The notes under the pieces were generated by a model. The model worked only from the letters and a program-made list of their open reading frames with translations. It was not told the origin of the DNA and did not search any database. From NCBI RefSeq assembly GCF_009914755.1, contig NC_060933.1: a stretch of DNA of 64,000 nucleotides; one strand, 5' to 3'. The DNA is from the human T2T-CHM13v2.0 reference genome, Homo sapiens. Shown one piece after another: positions 1 through 13,960 of the stretch (within the stretch, counting starts at the first letter, position 1; every line of letters starts with the position of its first letter). Made by a program: the position numbers and the translations under genes.

Positions 1-323
1 TTTTTTTTTGGTTTCATGACTTCAGTATCTTCTCTTTTCTATCTGAAGATGTTAATGAAAGTTTTAATGATAGCTTTAAAATTTTTTTTCTTCCCCATGC
101 ATACTCTCTGTTTTCTCCAAGATGCCTTTTGTTTCTGTTCTTTATTTGTTTGTATGGTATCCATCTTCCACGCTAGAGACATTTTCCTCAAGCACCTGCT
201 AATCAATCCTCTGCTCATGATTAAGAGATGGGGCTCCGAGCCTGTGAGTGAGGCTTACTGCCTTGGAGATTCCCTGGAGGAATCTAGGTGGGTCATTATT
301 TCAAAGAAGCCCTAGTACCAGTA

Positions 324-1956
324 CAGTCATGCATCGCATAATGTCGGGGATATGTTCCGAGAAATGTGTTGTTAGGTGATTTCATGGTTGTGTGAACATC
401 ATAGAGTGTACTTACACAAACCAGATGGTCTAGCCTACTACACACTGAGGCTAGATGGTAAAATCCATTGCTCCTAGACTATCAACCTGTACAGCATGTT
501 ACTGTACTGAACAGTGTAGGCAATTATAACACAGTGTTAAGTATTTATGTATCTAAACATATCTAAACATAAAAAAGTACAGTAAAAATACAGAATGAAA
601 GATAAAAAATGGTACACCTGTATAGGGCACATGCCATGCATGTACCCTGCAAGACTGGAAGTTGCTCTGGGTGAGTCCATGAGTGAGCAGAGAGTCTATG
701 AATGTGAAGGCCTAGGACATTACTAAATACTACTGTAGACTTTATAAACGCTGTATACTTAGGCTACACTAAATTTATAAAACAATTTCATTTGTCCATT
801 TTGCATTGCTATAAAGGAATACCTGAGACTGGGTAATTTATAAAGAAAAGAGGTTTATTTGGCTCACAGTTCTGCAGGCTGTGCAAGCATGGCATCATCA
901 TCTGCTTGGCTTCTGGTGAGGCCTCAGGAAGCTTTTACTCATGGCAGAAGGTGAAGGGGAGGCAGGAATGTCACATGGCAACAGTGGGAGCAAGAGAGAG
1001 GGGAGGAGGTGCCAGGGTCTTTTTAACTACCAGATCTCATGTGAACTCTCCTTACTGCAAGGAGGGCACCAAGCCACTCATGAGGTATCCACCCCCATGA
1101 CCCAAACACCTCTCATCGGACCCCACCTCCAACATTGGGGATCACATTTCAGTATGAGATTTGGGTAGGTCAAACATCAAAAATACATCAGCAATATTGG
1201 CCTTTCTTCAAAAAGAAATTTACCTTAGCTTGTGGCACCTTTTTTACTTTATACCTTTTCTTTTTTTTTTTTTTAACTTTTGGACCCTTTTAGCAACACT
1301 TAGCTTAAAACGCAAACACATTGTATAGCTGTATAAAATATTTTCTTTCTTTATATCCCTATTCTGTAAGCTTTTTATTATTAAACAATTTTTTTTACTT
1401 TTAAAACTTTTTTCTTAAAAACAAAGACACAAACACACACCTTAGCCTAGGCCTACACAGGGTCCGGATCATCAATATCACTGTCTTCCACCTCCACATC
1501 TTGAGCTTCTGATAGGCCTTCAGGGGCAGTAACATGCATGGAGTTGTCATCTCCTGTGATAACAATGCCTTCTTCTGGATACCTCCTGTAGGACCTGCCT
1601 GAGGCTGTTTTACAGTTCACATTTTTTTAAATAAGTAGAAGAAATATGCTCTAAAACTGTGATAAAAAGCGTAGTATAGTAAGTGCATAAACCAGTAACA
1701 GTTGTTTATTATTGTTATCAAGTATCATTATATACTGTACATAATTGTATATGTTCCACTTTTATATAGCTGCCAGCACAGTAGTCTTGTTGACACTAGC
1801 ATCACCACAAATATGTAAGTAATGCATTGTGCTATGATATTACAAAGGCAACAATGTCAATAGAAATTTTTCAGTTCCATTATAATCGTATGGAGTCTTC
1901 ATAGTACATACTGTACAGCCTGTTGTTGACTGAAAGAGCATTATTTGGCATGACTC
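324..1956. mobile_element. Tigger3(b)/MER7-type TcMar-Tigger DNA transposon, interrupted by an MST LTR
   Basis: TA|cagtcatgc... left end and ...gcatgactc|TA right end; internal sequence matches the recalled Tigger3b consensus. Confidence 0.8.
787..1190 (-). mobile_element. MST (MaLR) solo LTR nested in Tigger3
   Basis: Antisense MST motifs (gagactgggtaatttataaagaaaagaggttt); 5-bp TSD acaat/gcaat. Confidence 0.85.
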
Positions 1957-4950
1957 TATTTTAGCCTCTCCTTTTGGGCTGGTCATATTTCCAGATAAGC
2001 CTCTTCAATCTCCCTTCTGCAGGGTGAAGAGTGGGCTGATGCCTGTGTTCTTAGAGTGAGCAAGCAATTGGACTGGGACATCAGTATGAATACTGCATTA
2101 TGTATGGTCACTGAATTGAATTGTGTTTTTGATTAAGGACTCTCTTACCCTACAGATGAATAAATTTCTAGCTTTCTGCTAAGGGAGGGGAGGGGCAGTT
2201 ACCTGGCAGTTGGGGAAGAGCTTTGGAGCAACACCTGTTTTTCAGATAGCTCTCCCCACAGGCCTTTGCTGACTTAGGATTCATTCAGCTTTCTGCTACG
2301 TCAGGCACCACATGTCAGTCTTCTCTTCAGTTCCCAAAATTTGTTTCTCTTGTCCTTTCTCCTGTTCTCCATATTCTTATGAGTCAAAAAAAAAAAAAAA
2401 AAAAAAAACACAACACTTTCTTAAGTCTCTTTACTGTGGTTTTAGTGGAGCTTTTTGAAGAAGCAAGATTCGATGTTCATCTTAACTCTGATGTTATCAG
2501 AGTTATCGGACTTGATGTTATCAAGTCTCACCTGATCTGCAACCTCCTCTAGAGGACCTTCCCATACCTACTGCCACTCCACTCCCCATAACTTGGTTAG
2601 GTCCCTCACTGTGGGTGCCCATAGCACTGTGTGCTTCTTTTATGCAAACACTATTAATATTTGTTGCAATTGTTTGCATTCTTCTCGTTCTTGCTAAATT
2701 CAATGCTCTGAAGGGAAAGACTATCACAATTCTGTCCCCAGTGCCTAAAGAGAGCCTAACCTGCAGCAAATACACCACAATTATCTCCTGAGTTAATAGA
2801 TTAATTATTTCTGATGTTGAACAGCAAATTATAATAGAAGAGGATTTGGCTAATTTCTATCTTATTTGATTTAGGGGTTCAAGGCCTTTAGAGCCAAAAG
2901 TTGTTCTCAATTCTTTTTGGTAAATGCATTTGAAGACATAGTTTCTTTTAGAAAATCAGCCCTTATTAGTTTGAATTGCTAGAATTACTCATTTGTTTTA
3001 TTTGATTCATGAGTATTAACAAGGAAATAAATACATGAACACCTTCAACCGGCCCCTACTAATTCCATATGTAATTCTTTCTTTCAGTTAATATACACTA
3101 ATTATAGAATGTTTCATACAGTACAATGCTGTGGTGTTTTAGAATCTGCTCTCCTGAATATTAAATAATATTTTGCTTCTTGCCAACTCTACAGCTCTGA
3201 AAGTTAAATGTCAACTTTAAAAGGCAATGAATAAGAATGAATTTGCTCAGTGGACCAAAATATGCTTCAAGTTATAAAAGAAAGACTGTAATCATAAGGT
3301 GAATTTAAGGTTTAGGTTACCTGTTAAGGGAGAAAAATCAGGATAAGGTATAGTTTTGTTATTAAGGAGACATTAGGTTGATGGACTTACTTTAATTTTT
3401 AGATAATGTCCGTTACACAGAAACGGCATTTGACTGACTCTCTTTCTCATAACTCAACCTGTATCCCACTGACTTTATTTTGGACCAATGTGAAGAAGAC
3501 ATAACACCTTTCCTCCATAAGTGGGTAGCAAACATCTCAATGAAACTAATTGAAAATCAGAACAGCTAGAATGTTTGACACCACCAGAACTTGTCACTCC
3601 TGACCTTAACTAAAGAAAAGCGCTCTGTGAATAATTCCTTCCATGTGCGTCACAGATGGAGGAGATAGAGAAAAATAAATTGAAGTATAGGGAACAGTTA
3701 AGATGACACTATAGTGATATCAAAGACTTAAACTTTAAAAATGAAATTTATAGACTTTGAGTCCCGATTGAGCTTGTCTAGAACCAAAGCTATTGTTTTC
3801 CTTGAGAGTTGGTCTCAGTCCCATGAGTGAGTCTCCAAGGAATTGACAGTGGCCTGTGATGGGCAGAGTGAGAGTCAAGAAGGCTCAAAGACCTCTCAGG
3901 CATCAAAAATGCCCATTTGGTCTCAAACTGTTAATAATACAGATGCACGTGTAGGGAGTCTCTAACATGGATAACTTATGTTATATGGGTAGAGACAGTA
4001 GAGGAATAGAAAAGTAACGAGAGGCACATTTCCTTTATGGCATATAGGAAAAGTAGATGGGAACATGAATATAGTTAGTAAGTCAATTTAAGAGTTTTTA
4101 TTTGCCTTCCTACCTGATTCTCAAGCATTCTCAAGTAACTTTTACTTAATTTGAAAGTACTCTTTATGAGGCATGGAAAATAAATTCACTAATTATCAAA
4201 AGGCCCCAGTATATCTGATTATTTAATACAAAATCATTTTATGATTTGTCCATAGAACCAGATGATTGTAGCTAATTCATTCTAGGAAGTAAGGTTTTCC
4301 ATGTACAAATCTCTGGGCTGTGTCTACGACCATTAAACAAGCGATCAGAAACCAAACCAGTAAAATAAACAACAACCAGAACTGTATCAAGCAGATCCAA
4401 TTTTGAAAGGGAGATGTAGTAATAGATATAATTTTATGTTAAGATCTTATTTCTCAGAAGCCCTCATTTAAATATACACATAGAGTTCCTTCTCTATTCC
4501 CACCGTTTCACTTGACTTCACTTTTTTTTCTCTTTAAAAAAAGGAAGGAAAAAAATATATACACATATAAACACGTGTGGTCCCAGGATAATGGTCCACA
4601 GGAGAAGTCAGGTTTTTTTGATAGGGAAAAATCAGTTCAGGCAGGGTATTTGCTGTGTGAGAAGCAGGTCCATGGGGCCCTGAGTTTGAGGGCTCCCCAG
4701 GAGTACTGAGTTCCCACTGGAGGATGGAGAAGCACCCGAGGTAGACCTCACACAAGGTCAGCCCTCACTACTGCACCTTGTCATTTTTACCAAATTTGAT
4801 TGCCTCCTGGTGGTAGTGATTAGCGTGTATTGTTGAAATTTCATAATAAATGACTCGTTTCAACAATTCATCCAAACATTTATGTAATCCACATAATGGG
4901 AGAAGAAAGAAATTAATAGTGTTTGGGATCACTAAGTAGCTTTTGGAAAT

Positions 4951-5003
4951 TGTGTGTGTGTGTGTATGTGCATGTGTGTATACGTGTGTGTGTGTGTGGG
5001 TGT
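4951..5003. repeat. Imperfect (TG)n microsatellite
   Basis: Direct reading. Confidence 0.9.
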
Positions 5004-5029
5004 TTGCTTTTTTCAGAAAGAACATGGTA

Positions 5030-5200
5030 TAGAAAAATAGGATAGGAAACCTGGGTTCTACTTCTAGGCCTGCAATAAACCTGCTACGTGACCGTGTGCT
5101 GCCTAATAGCCCTCTCTGGACTCCAGTTGTTTCCATTTGGAAAATGAGGGGATTGAACCAAATGATCTGTAAAGTCCTTTCCCACTCTAAAATTTTATGG
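5030..5200 (+). mobile_element. MIR3/MIRc-like SINE fragment
   Basis: ctgggttcta...ttggaaaatgagggg...gatctgtaaagtcctttcccactctaaaatt core and tail. Confidence 0.6.
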
Positions 5201-5606
5201 CTCTAGGAGAAAGGCATCTATAGTTGCATAAATGGGCAAGTTAAATGAGGCCCAAAAGTAGTTCAGGCAGTTAAGTGTTCATTGTTGGGATGGAGCACTT
5301 ATCCTTATGTGTGTGGAGTGGTCTTCATAGTAGCAGTAGCAAGCCTGGGCTGCAGTTTAAATTCTTCCCTTTTATTCCTCTCTCTGAGACATTAGCATCG
5401 ATAAAACCTTTGGTACTCTTCAGAGGAAAGGGACTACATGTAAATAGTAAGAAGGATTTTTCTTTTCTCAAAGTACAGTACAGGACATTTATTTTGTTTT
5501 CTACTTATGCATTTGTGCTATGGCTTGCTTCCTGGTAAAATATTACCCAGTTGTTGAACATTTCTCCAGAAGAAAAAAAGCTTCAAAAGTTACCCTATGG
5601 TGATGA

Positions 5607-5975
5607 TGATATGGTAGGCTTTGTGTCCCCACCCAAATCTCATCTTGAATTATAATCCCCATAATCCCCATAATCCCCACATGTCAAGGCAAAGACTGGG
5701 TGGAGATAACTGGATCATGGGGGCAGTTTCCTCCATGCTGTTCTCTTGATAGTGAGTGACTTCTCACCAGATCTGATGGTTTTATAAGGGCCTTTTCCCC
5801 CTTTGCTCACTCTTCTCTCTCCTGCTGCCCTCTAAAGAGGTGCCTTCCACCATCATTGTAAGTTTCCTGAGGTCTCCCCAGCCATGCCGAACTGTGAGTC
5901 AATTAAACCTCTTTTCTTTATAAATTACCCATTCTCGGACAGTTCTTTATAGCACTGTGAGAATGAACTAATACA
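5607..5975 (+). mobile_element. THE1 (THE1D-like) MaLR solo LTR
   Basis: tgatatgg...ctaataca termini, attaaa signal, perfect 5-bp TSD gatga. Confidence 0.9.
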
Positions 5976-6494
5976 GATGAGGAGGAGGATAAAAACAAAA
6001 ATATGCAAAGAGGAAAGTGGGGTGATGAAAGGCCATGAGAGTGAGACAGGCTTGAATTCAGTTCTTGATTCTCCATCTTATTCATTGTAGGAGCTTTCAT
6101 TTTTGTCTGGCCAGCTTTCTTCTTTTGGACAACATCCTCTCACCTATTCAGTGTAATTTGACTAGGCCATATTATGAATGGCTGACTCTGTTCCCCATTT
6201 CTACCTCCCCACAAGCCTAAGTGTTGGGCACAAGATCCAGACCAGGCTATTCAGAGGATAGTTATTGGAGTTCTAGGGAAGATGCCCTGTCCTGCTCCAG
6301 TTTGCAAGTTATAGAGGACATCCTCCTTCTGTGGGAGTATCTATGTATAAATGAAGTTAAGCAGAGATATGGGAAAAGACAGTTCTGATGACATTCTTCT
6401 TATACAAGCTGATATTTTCCTTTAAATTTTATCTATTAAGTTTGAGTTGGGTTTCTATAACTTATACTAATAAAAGCAAACATCATGTAAGTAC

Positions 6495-6730
6495 ATGATG
6501 CTTATTATGTACCAGGCACTATTCTAAGTGTTTTATATATGTTAACTCAGTACTCCCTACAAAAACTCTATGAATTGGTTTCATCATTATCTGAATTCTG
6601 TGATGGGAAATACAGAAGCACAGAGAAGTAAATAACATGTCCAAACTCTCACAGCTGGCCAGAGATAATGGCCAGGATTTGAGCTGAGATAGTTTAATAC
6701 CAAAGCTCATAGCCACTCCTCTATGCTGCT
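6495..6730 (-). mobile_element. MIR SINE
   Basis: Antisense MIR (ttatgtaccaggcactattctaag...gcacagagaagtaaataac). Confidence 0.75.
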
Positions 6731-6851
6731 TCTCTCAATAATAGGCCAACTAAGAGACCTCTGGCACATACTTAAGTTTCCTGAACATCACTTGTCTTTG
6801 TAAACATGGAGAGAATAATGGCTATATTTAGTCAGGCCAGGCCTTAAGCAT

Positions 6852-7391
<540 letters not shown>

Positions 7392-8145
7392 AGCACTAAG
7401 CTTATAAAGGAAATACTGGTGAAAAGTTATTTATCCATTTTGAAATTTCTCAAATCAAATGTTCCATTTCTTAAACTACCCGGGCTCCTGGTTCCTTAGA
7501 CATGCCTAGGTCCCGGCTTGACATTTTTGCCCTGTGAGGCAAGAGTGCTACCTGAGTGCATATCACCAACTTGAATTTCCTGGAATGGATAGCTTGGCTG
7601 GTACTGAGTGGTGACGGCTTACTAGTTGGCAAGTTTGCTGAATTAATTGCGGAGTCAACCTAAATGCAATTTTTCTTTGCATTATCCTTGCATATAGGAT
7701 ATCTCTCCTTAGCTGATGTATGTTGAAGCCAAATGACCGAGGAGGTGGGATATCTGGTGTTAGTATTTGGGGTTGTGACTCAGGTCCTAATGAGTTTGGT
7801 TTGGAACTTGGATTGTTTGCCTTGGCAAAGGATATTTTAATGGCGGGTAACAATAACCTATTCTATCGCTATCCTTGCATTGTAATTCAAATAATTTGAT
7901 AAGAAAATATATGTGAAAGCACATGATATAGTGCCCGTTAGATCTGAAGTTTTGGCATCCTGATGGGCTGATGGCTGACTCAGACCATTCTTTGTTTCCT
8001 GTAAGTCTTTATTGAGTCTAACTTTATTACAGTAGCCATTCAAGTTATATCTGCCAAGTGGAAAGTCAGGTTTCTCTGTAGTTTTGGGTGTGCTCAGTGA
8101 GGCCCTAAAACTAGCATTATGAAGATAGGCTTATATGGTTTATCT

Positions 8146-8671
8146 TGTGGCCACTAGTTTGCAGAGATGGCTGCAGCACTTTTTTCCCTCCCTGAACATG
8201 CATGCTGCTGCTCCCAGCAAGAGGCTGAGGTTATTTGCCTGCCCTCTGCAGCTGGGCTGGCCTTATGACTGGTTTTGATTAATAGAATGTGGCAGAAATG
8301 ATATCCTGGGACTTCTGATTACAGACATTAAGAAAAATAGTAGTTTCTACTTTCTGATTCTCAGATCCTAGCTGATATGCTGTGAGAAGCCCAAGACACA
8401 TGGAGAAGCCACATGGAGGAGAATCAAGGCTTGTGTTTGACAGCTCCAGTGAAGCTCTCAGACAATAGTCAAAACAAACTGGAGCCATGTGAATGAGCTG
8501 TCTTGGATCATCCAGCCCAGTCAAACCTTTGGACAACTGTAGCTCTAACTAACATCACATGGAACAGATAAACCACCCAGCTGAGCTAATCATTCCACAG
8601 AATAATCAGAGATAATAAAATAGTTGTTATTTTAAGTTACTTTCAAGCCATAACAATAGGTAATTGAAACA
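8146..8671 (+). mobile_element. MLT1G/H-like MaLR LTR
   Basis: agaatgtggcagaaatga, gccatgtgaatgag and ccacccagctgag motifs. Confidence 0.7.
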
Positions 8672-8811
8672 ACCTTCATATCTCTTAATACCATGCTTAT
8701 ATGGCCATTTCTTCTGATATTAAGCCTATAGGTATAGTTTTTGCCATTTCTAATCGATCAGAGATGGAAGCAGTTCAAATTGTGGGGACTGATGAGCTAA
8801 TAAAACAATGT

Positions 8812-10407
<1,596 letters not shown>

Positions 10408-10969
10408 CCCAAATTGAGTGGCAAAGATTTTTTAAATATCAGGGCTGTGGAATTTATATTTAAGCCTGACATTTCCTTTAATCCCATGTATATTAATAAA
10501 GAGCCAGTATAATTAGTATTACTCTTCATAATATTTAAAGTTTATGTAGTTGTCATAGAAAATCATTAGTTATAATTACTTAAAATGAAGTCTTCAGTTG
10601 ATCTCAGTGAATAGTAATGTACTATGTATCTTTGAGTTACAGAGGTGGCTTCACAGGAATAAGAAATTTCCAGAATTTCAGAAGTCTTTGCTGCTATCTG
10701 TATTTAATTTGATTCTGTATTTGACAGTTATGGAGTTAAATTATTACCCAAACATATAAATCTTATATTGTCCTTTCAAATGGCTTTTAAAAACTATTAG
10801 GTCTGAGGAAATTACATTTGTCCCACATATCTGAGTTAATTCTTTCAATAGAACCATTTAATGACTGCATACTATTTACTAAGAAGAGTTAGGCACCGGG
10901 AATATAGAAAAAAAAGACATCAGCTCATTTGTCTAATGTATGAGACAGAAAAACAACCAATTAATACTT

Positions 10970-11409
10970 GTGTATCAGCCAAGGAATATGCTTGGCTGAA
11001 AGTAACAGGAAACCTAACTAATAGCAGCTTGAATAACTAAGACATTTATTTGGTCACCTGGCATGAAATATAAAGGCAAGGAGTCCAAAACTGGCATGGC
11101 ACCTAAACAATGTCGTCAAGAATTTGGATCTTTTTGTGTTTCTTCTTTACAAGTCTTATTAACTAGCTTTCATCCTTGCGATCTCAAGATGGTTGCTATG
11201 CCTCCAATCCCCATTCTGTTCCACAAAGAAAGAAGCGAAAAAGTAAAGAGGTAAAGGGAAGCCCTCCCCAGGATCTTCATCCTACATCTATTTTATGGAC
11301 TGTGGCATGGCCACCCATGGCTACATGATTGTTTTCAGCTTCTAAGTAGAGAAAGACAAGGGAGAAGGGAATTTGGAATAAGTGTTGATTGGGCCAAACT
11401 ACATGCCAC

Positions 11410-11410
<1 letters not shown>
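10970..11410 (-). mobile_element. Old MLT1 (J/K-like) MaLR LTR
   Basis: caagatggttgct and catggccaccc motifs; inserted among L2 fragments. Confidence 0.5.
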
Positions 11411-12420
<1,010 letters not shown>

Positions 12421-12589
12421 AGAGAGATTACTGATCTGTCCCAACTGCAAACATAGGTATCCTAGCTGGCTCCTCTGCCTTATCTTTCCCTTTCACTCCA
12501 TTCTCCAACCTGCAGCTTGAATAATTTATTTAAAACACAAAGATAACCAACCCCTCCCACTGTTTAATATCATTACAGTATAGTTTTCT

Positions 12590-12810
12590 CTTCTACCTTA
12601 ATGAGCATTTACTATGTGTCTGGCACTGAGATAAGGGCTTTACATGCCATATTTTATTTAATGCTCATTCTTTAAGATAGATACTGCAACAATCCTCGTT
12701 AGAAAGGACTCAGAGGGGTAAAGTGACTTTCCAAAAGTTTTTCATCCAGTAAGCACTAGAGCTGGGCTTTAAACTCCTATCTGGTCTGTCTGACTGCAGA
12801 GCCTGTGTCA
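12590..12810 (-). mobile_element. MIR SINE
   Basis: gagcatttactatgtgtctggcactg...ctcagaggggtaaagtgactt. Confidence 0.7.
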
Positions 12811-12856
12811 TTAACTTTTAATGGGAAAATCTGCAGTTACTTTTGCACCAACCTAA
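12811..12856. mobile_element. Half MADE1 (Hsmar1 MITE) carrying a single TIR
   Basis: acttttaatgggaaaatctgcagttacttttgcaccaacctaa matches the right half of MADE1. Confidence 0.8.
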
Positions 12857-13357
12857 ATACTACATTGCATCATCTTTGATGCTTAAATGTGTATAGTGCT
12901 CTATATCTTTCAGAGTACTTTCACACACATTATCCATTATTCCATTCTGCTTAACAATCACTCAAGGTCATTTGGGTGAGTATTAATTGTATAAAGGAGA
13001 AAATCAAAGCACAAAAATAACCAAAGAATTCAATTCCTCATTAAGTAATTAATCCATTTATTCTATAAATATTTATGAGGCTGATACTAATGGGAGGAGT
13101 TTAAATGCAGAGTGGTTAAGAGACTTTCTCAAGGCTCCATGACTGCTTAGTTGCAAAGCAGAAACTGGAAGCTTTGGGTCACAGTTCCGTGTTCTTGTGG
13201 GAGGGGAGAACATCTTGCAAAGCTGCTAGGGTTCTTAACAAGTGCTGGGCTTGGATCAGGATTAAAATCTGATTCAAATTGTCCTTCATTTCATCTTTCC
13301 TCTCCACCTCTTACCCACTAGCTTCTTAGAAATTGATCTCTAAAAAATAGGCCTGGG

Positions 13358-13960
13358 GGCTGGGCACAGTGGCTCATACCTGTGGTCCCAGCATGTTGAG
13401 AGGTTGAGGTGGGAGGATCAATTGAGCCTAGAAGTTCAAGTCTGCAGTGAGCTTGAATCACCTGTTCTGTGAAAGGGCTGTATATACAAAGCGACCCCCC
13501 AAATGCTGAAGAAATAAGAAACCAAAGAAAGAGGCAGACAAATCTGGGTCATAGGTTTCGGGTAGTTTAAGGGGAACTTAAAAGCAGGGAGACTTACAGA
13601 AGAATGGTCTTGGGAGGCTACAATACAGGTAGATCTCCACATCACAAATCCCCAGACCCAGGGCTTAAATCTTGGGGAAAGTATCCCTGCTCTGGAAGGA
13701 ATGTGTAGGTGGCTATGGGTGTCAAAGCCTATGATTTCCAGAACAACAAGGGTCGTTTTGGAGGAAACTTACAATCAGTAGGTCTTCCTACATAAAGAGT
13801 AATATATCAGTCAGAAATTTGGGAGGCATTCTTGAACTTGGGGTTAGTTAGAAGTTACATGGTGGATTGACATTTAAAATAAAGTCACTCTTCTCTCCAT
13901 GTTGCCACTGCACTCCAGCTAGGGTGACGGAGTGAGATCCTGTCTCCAATAAATAAGATA
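13358..13960 (+). mobile_element. FRAM/FAM-type Alu monomer split by LTR47
   Basis: Monomer halves at 13358-13462 and 13902-13947; flanking TSD aaaaaata(g/a)gcctgg. Confidence 0.8.
13463..13901 (-). mobile_element. LTR47-like ERVL solo LTR
   Basis: Reverse strand ends ...gccctttcacagaaca and contains aagccctgggtctgggg and ggagatctacctgt; 5-bp TSD tcacc/ttgcc. Confidence 0.75.

Noticed and set aside
7563-7853. 96-aa minus-strand ORF in non-repetitive sequence
   Set aside because: It has a non-ATG start, no recognisable domain and no splice support; the length is compatible with chance.
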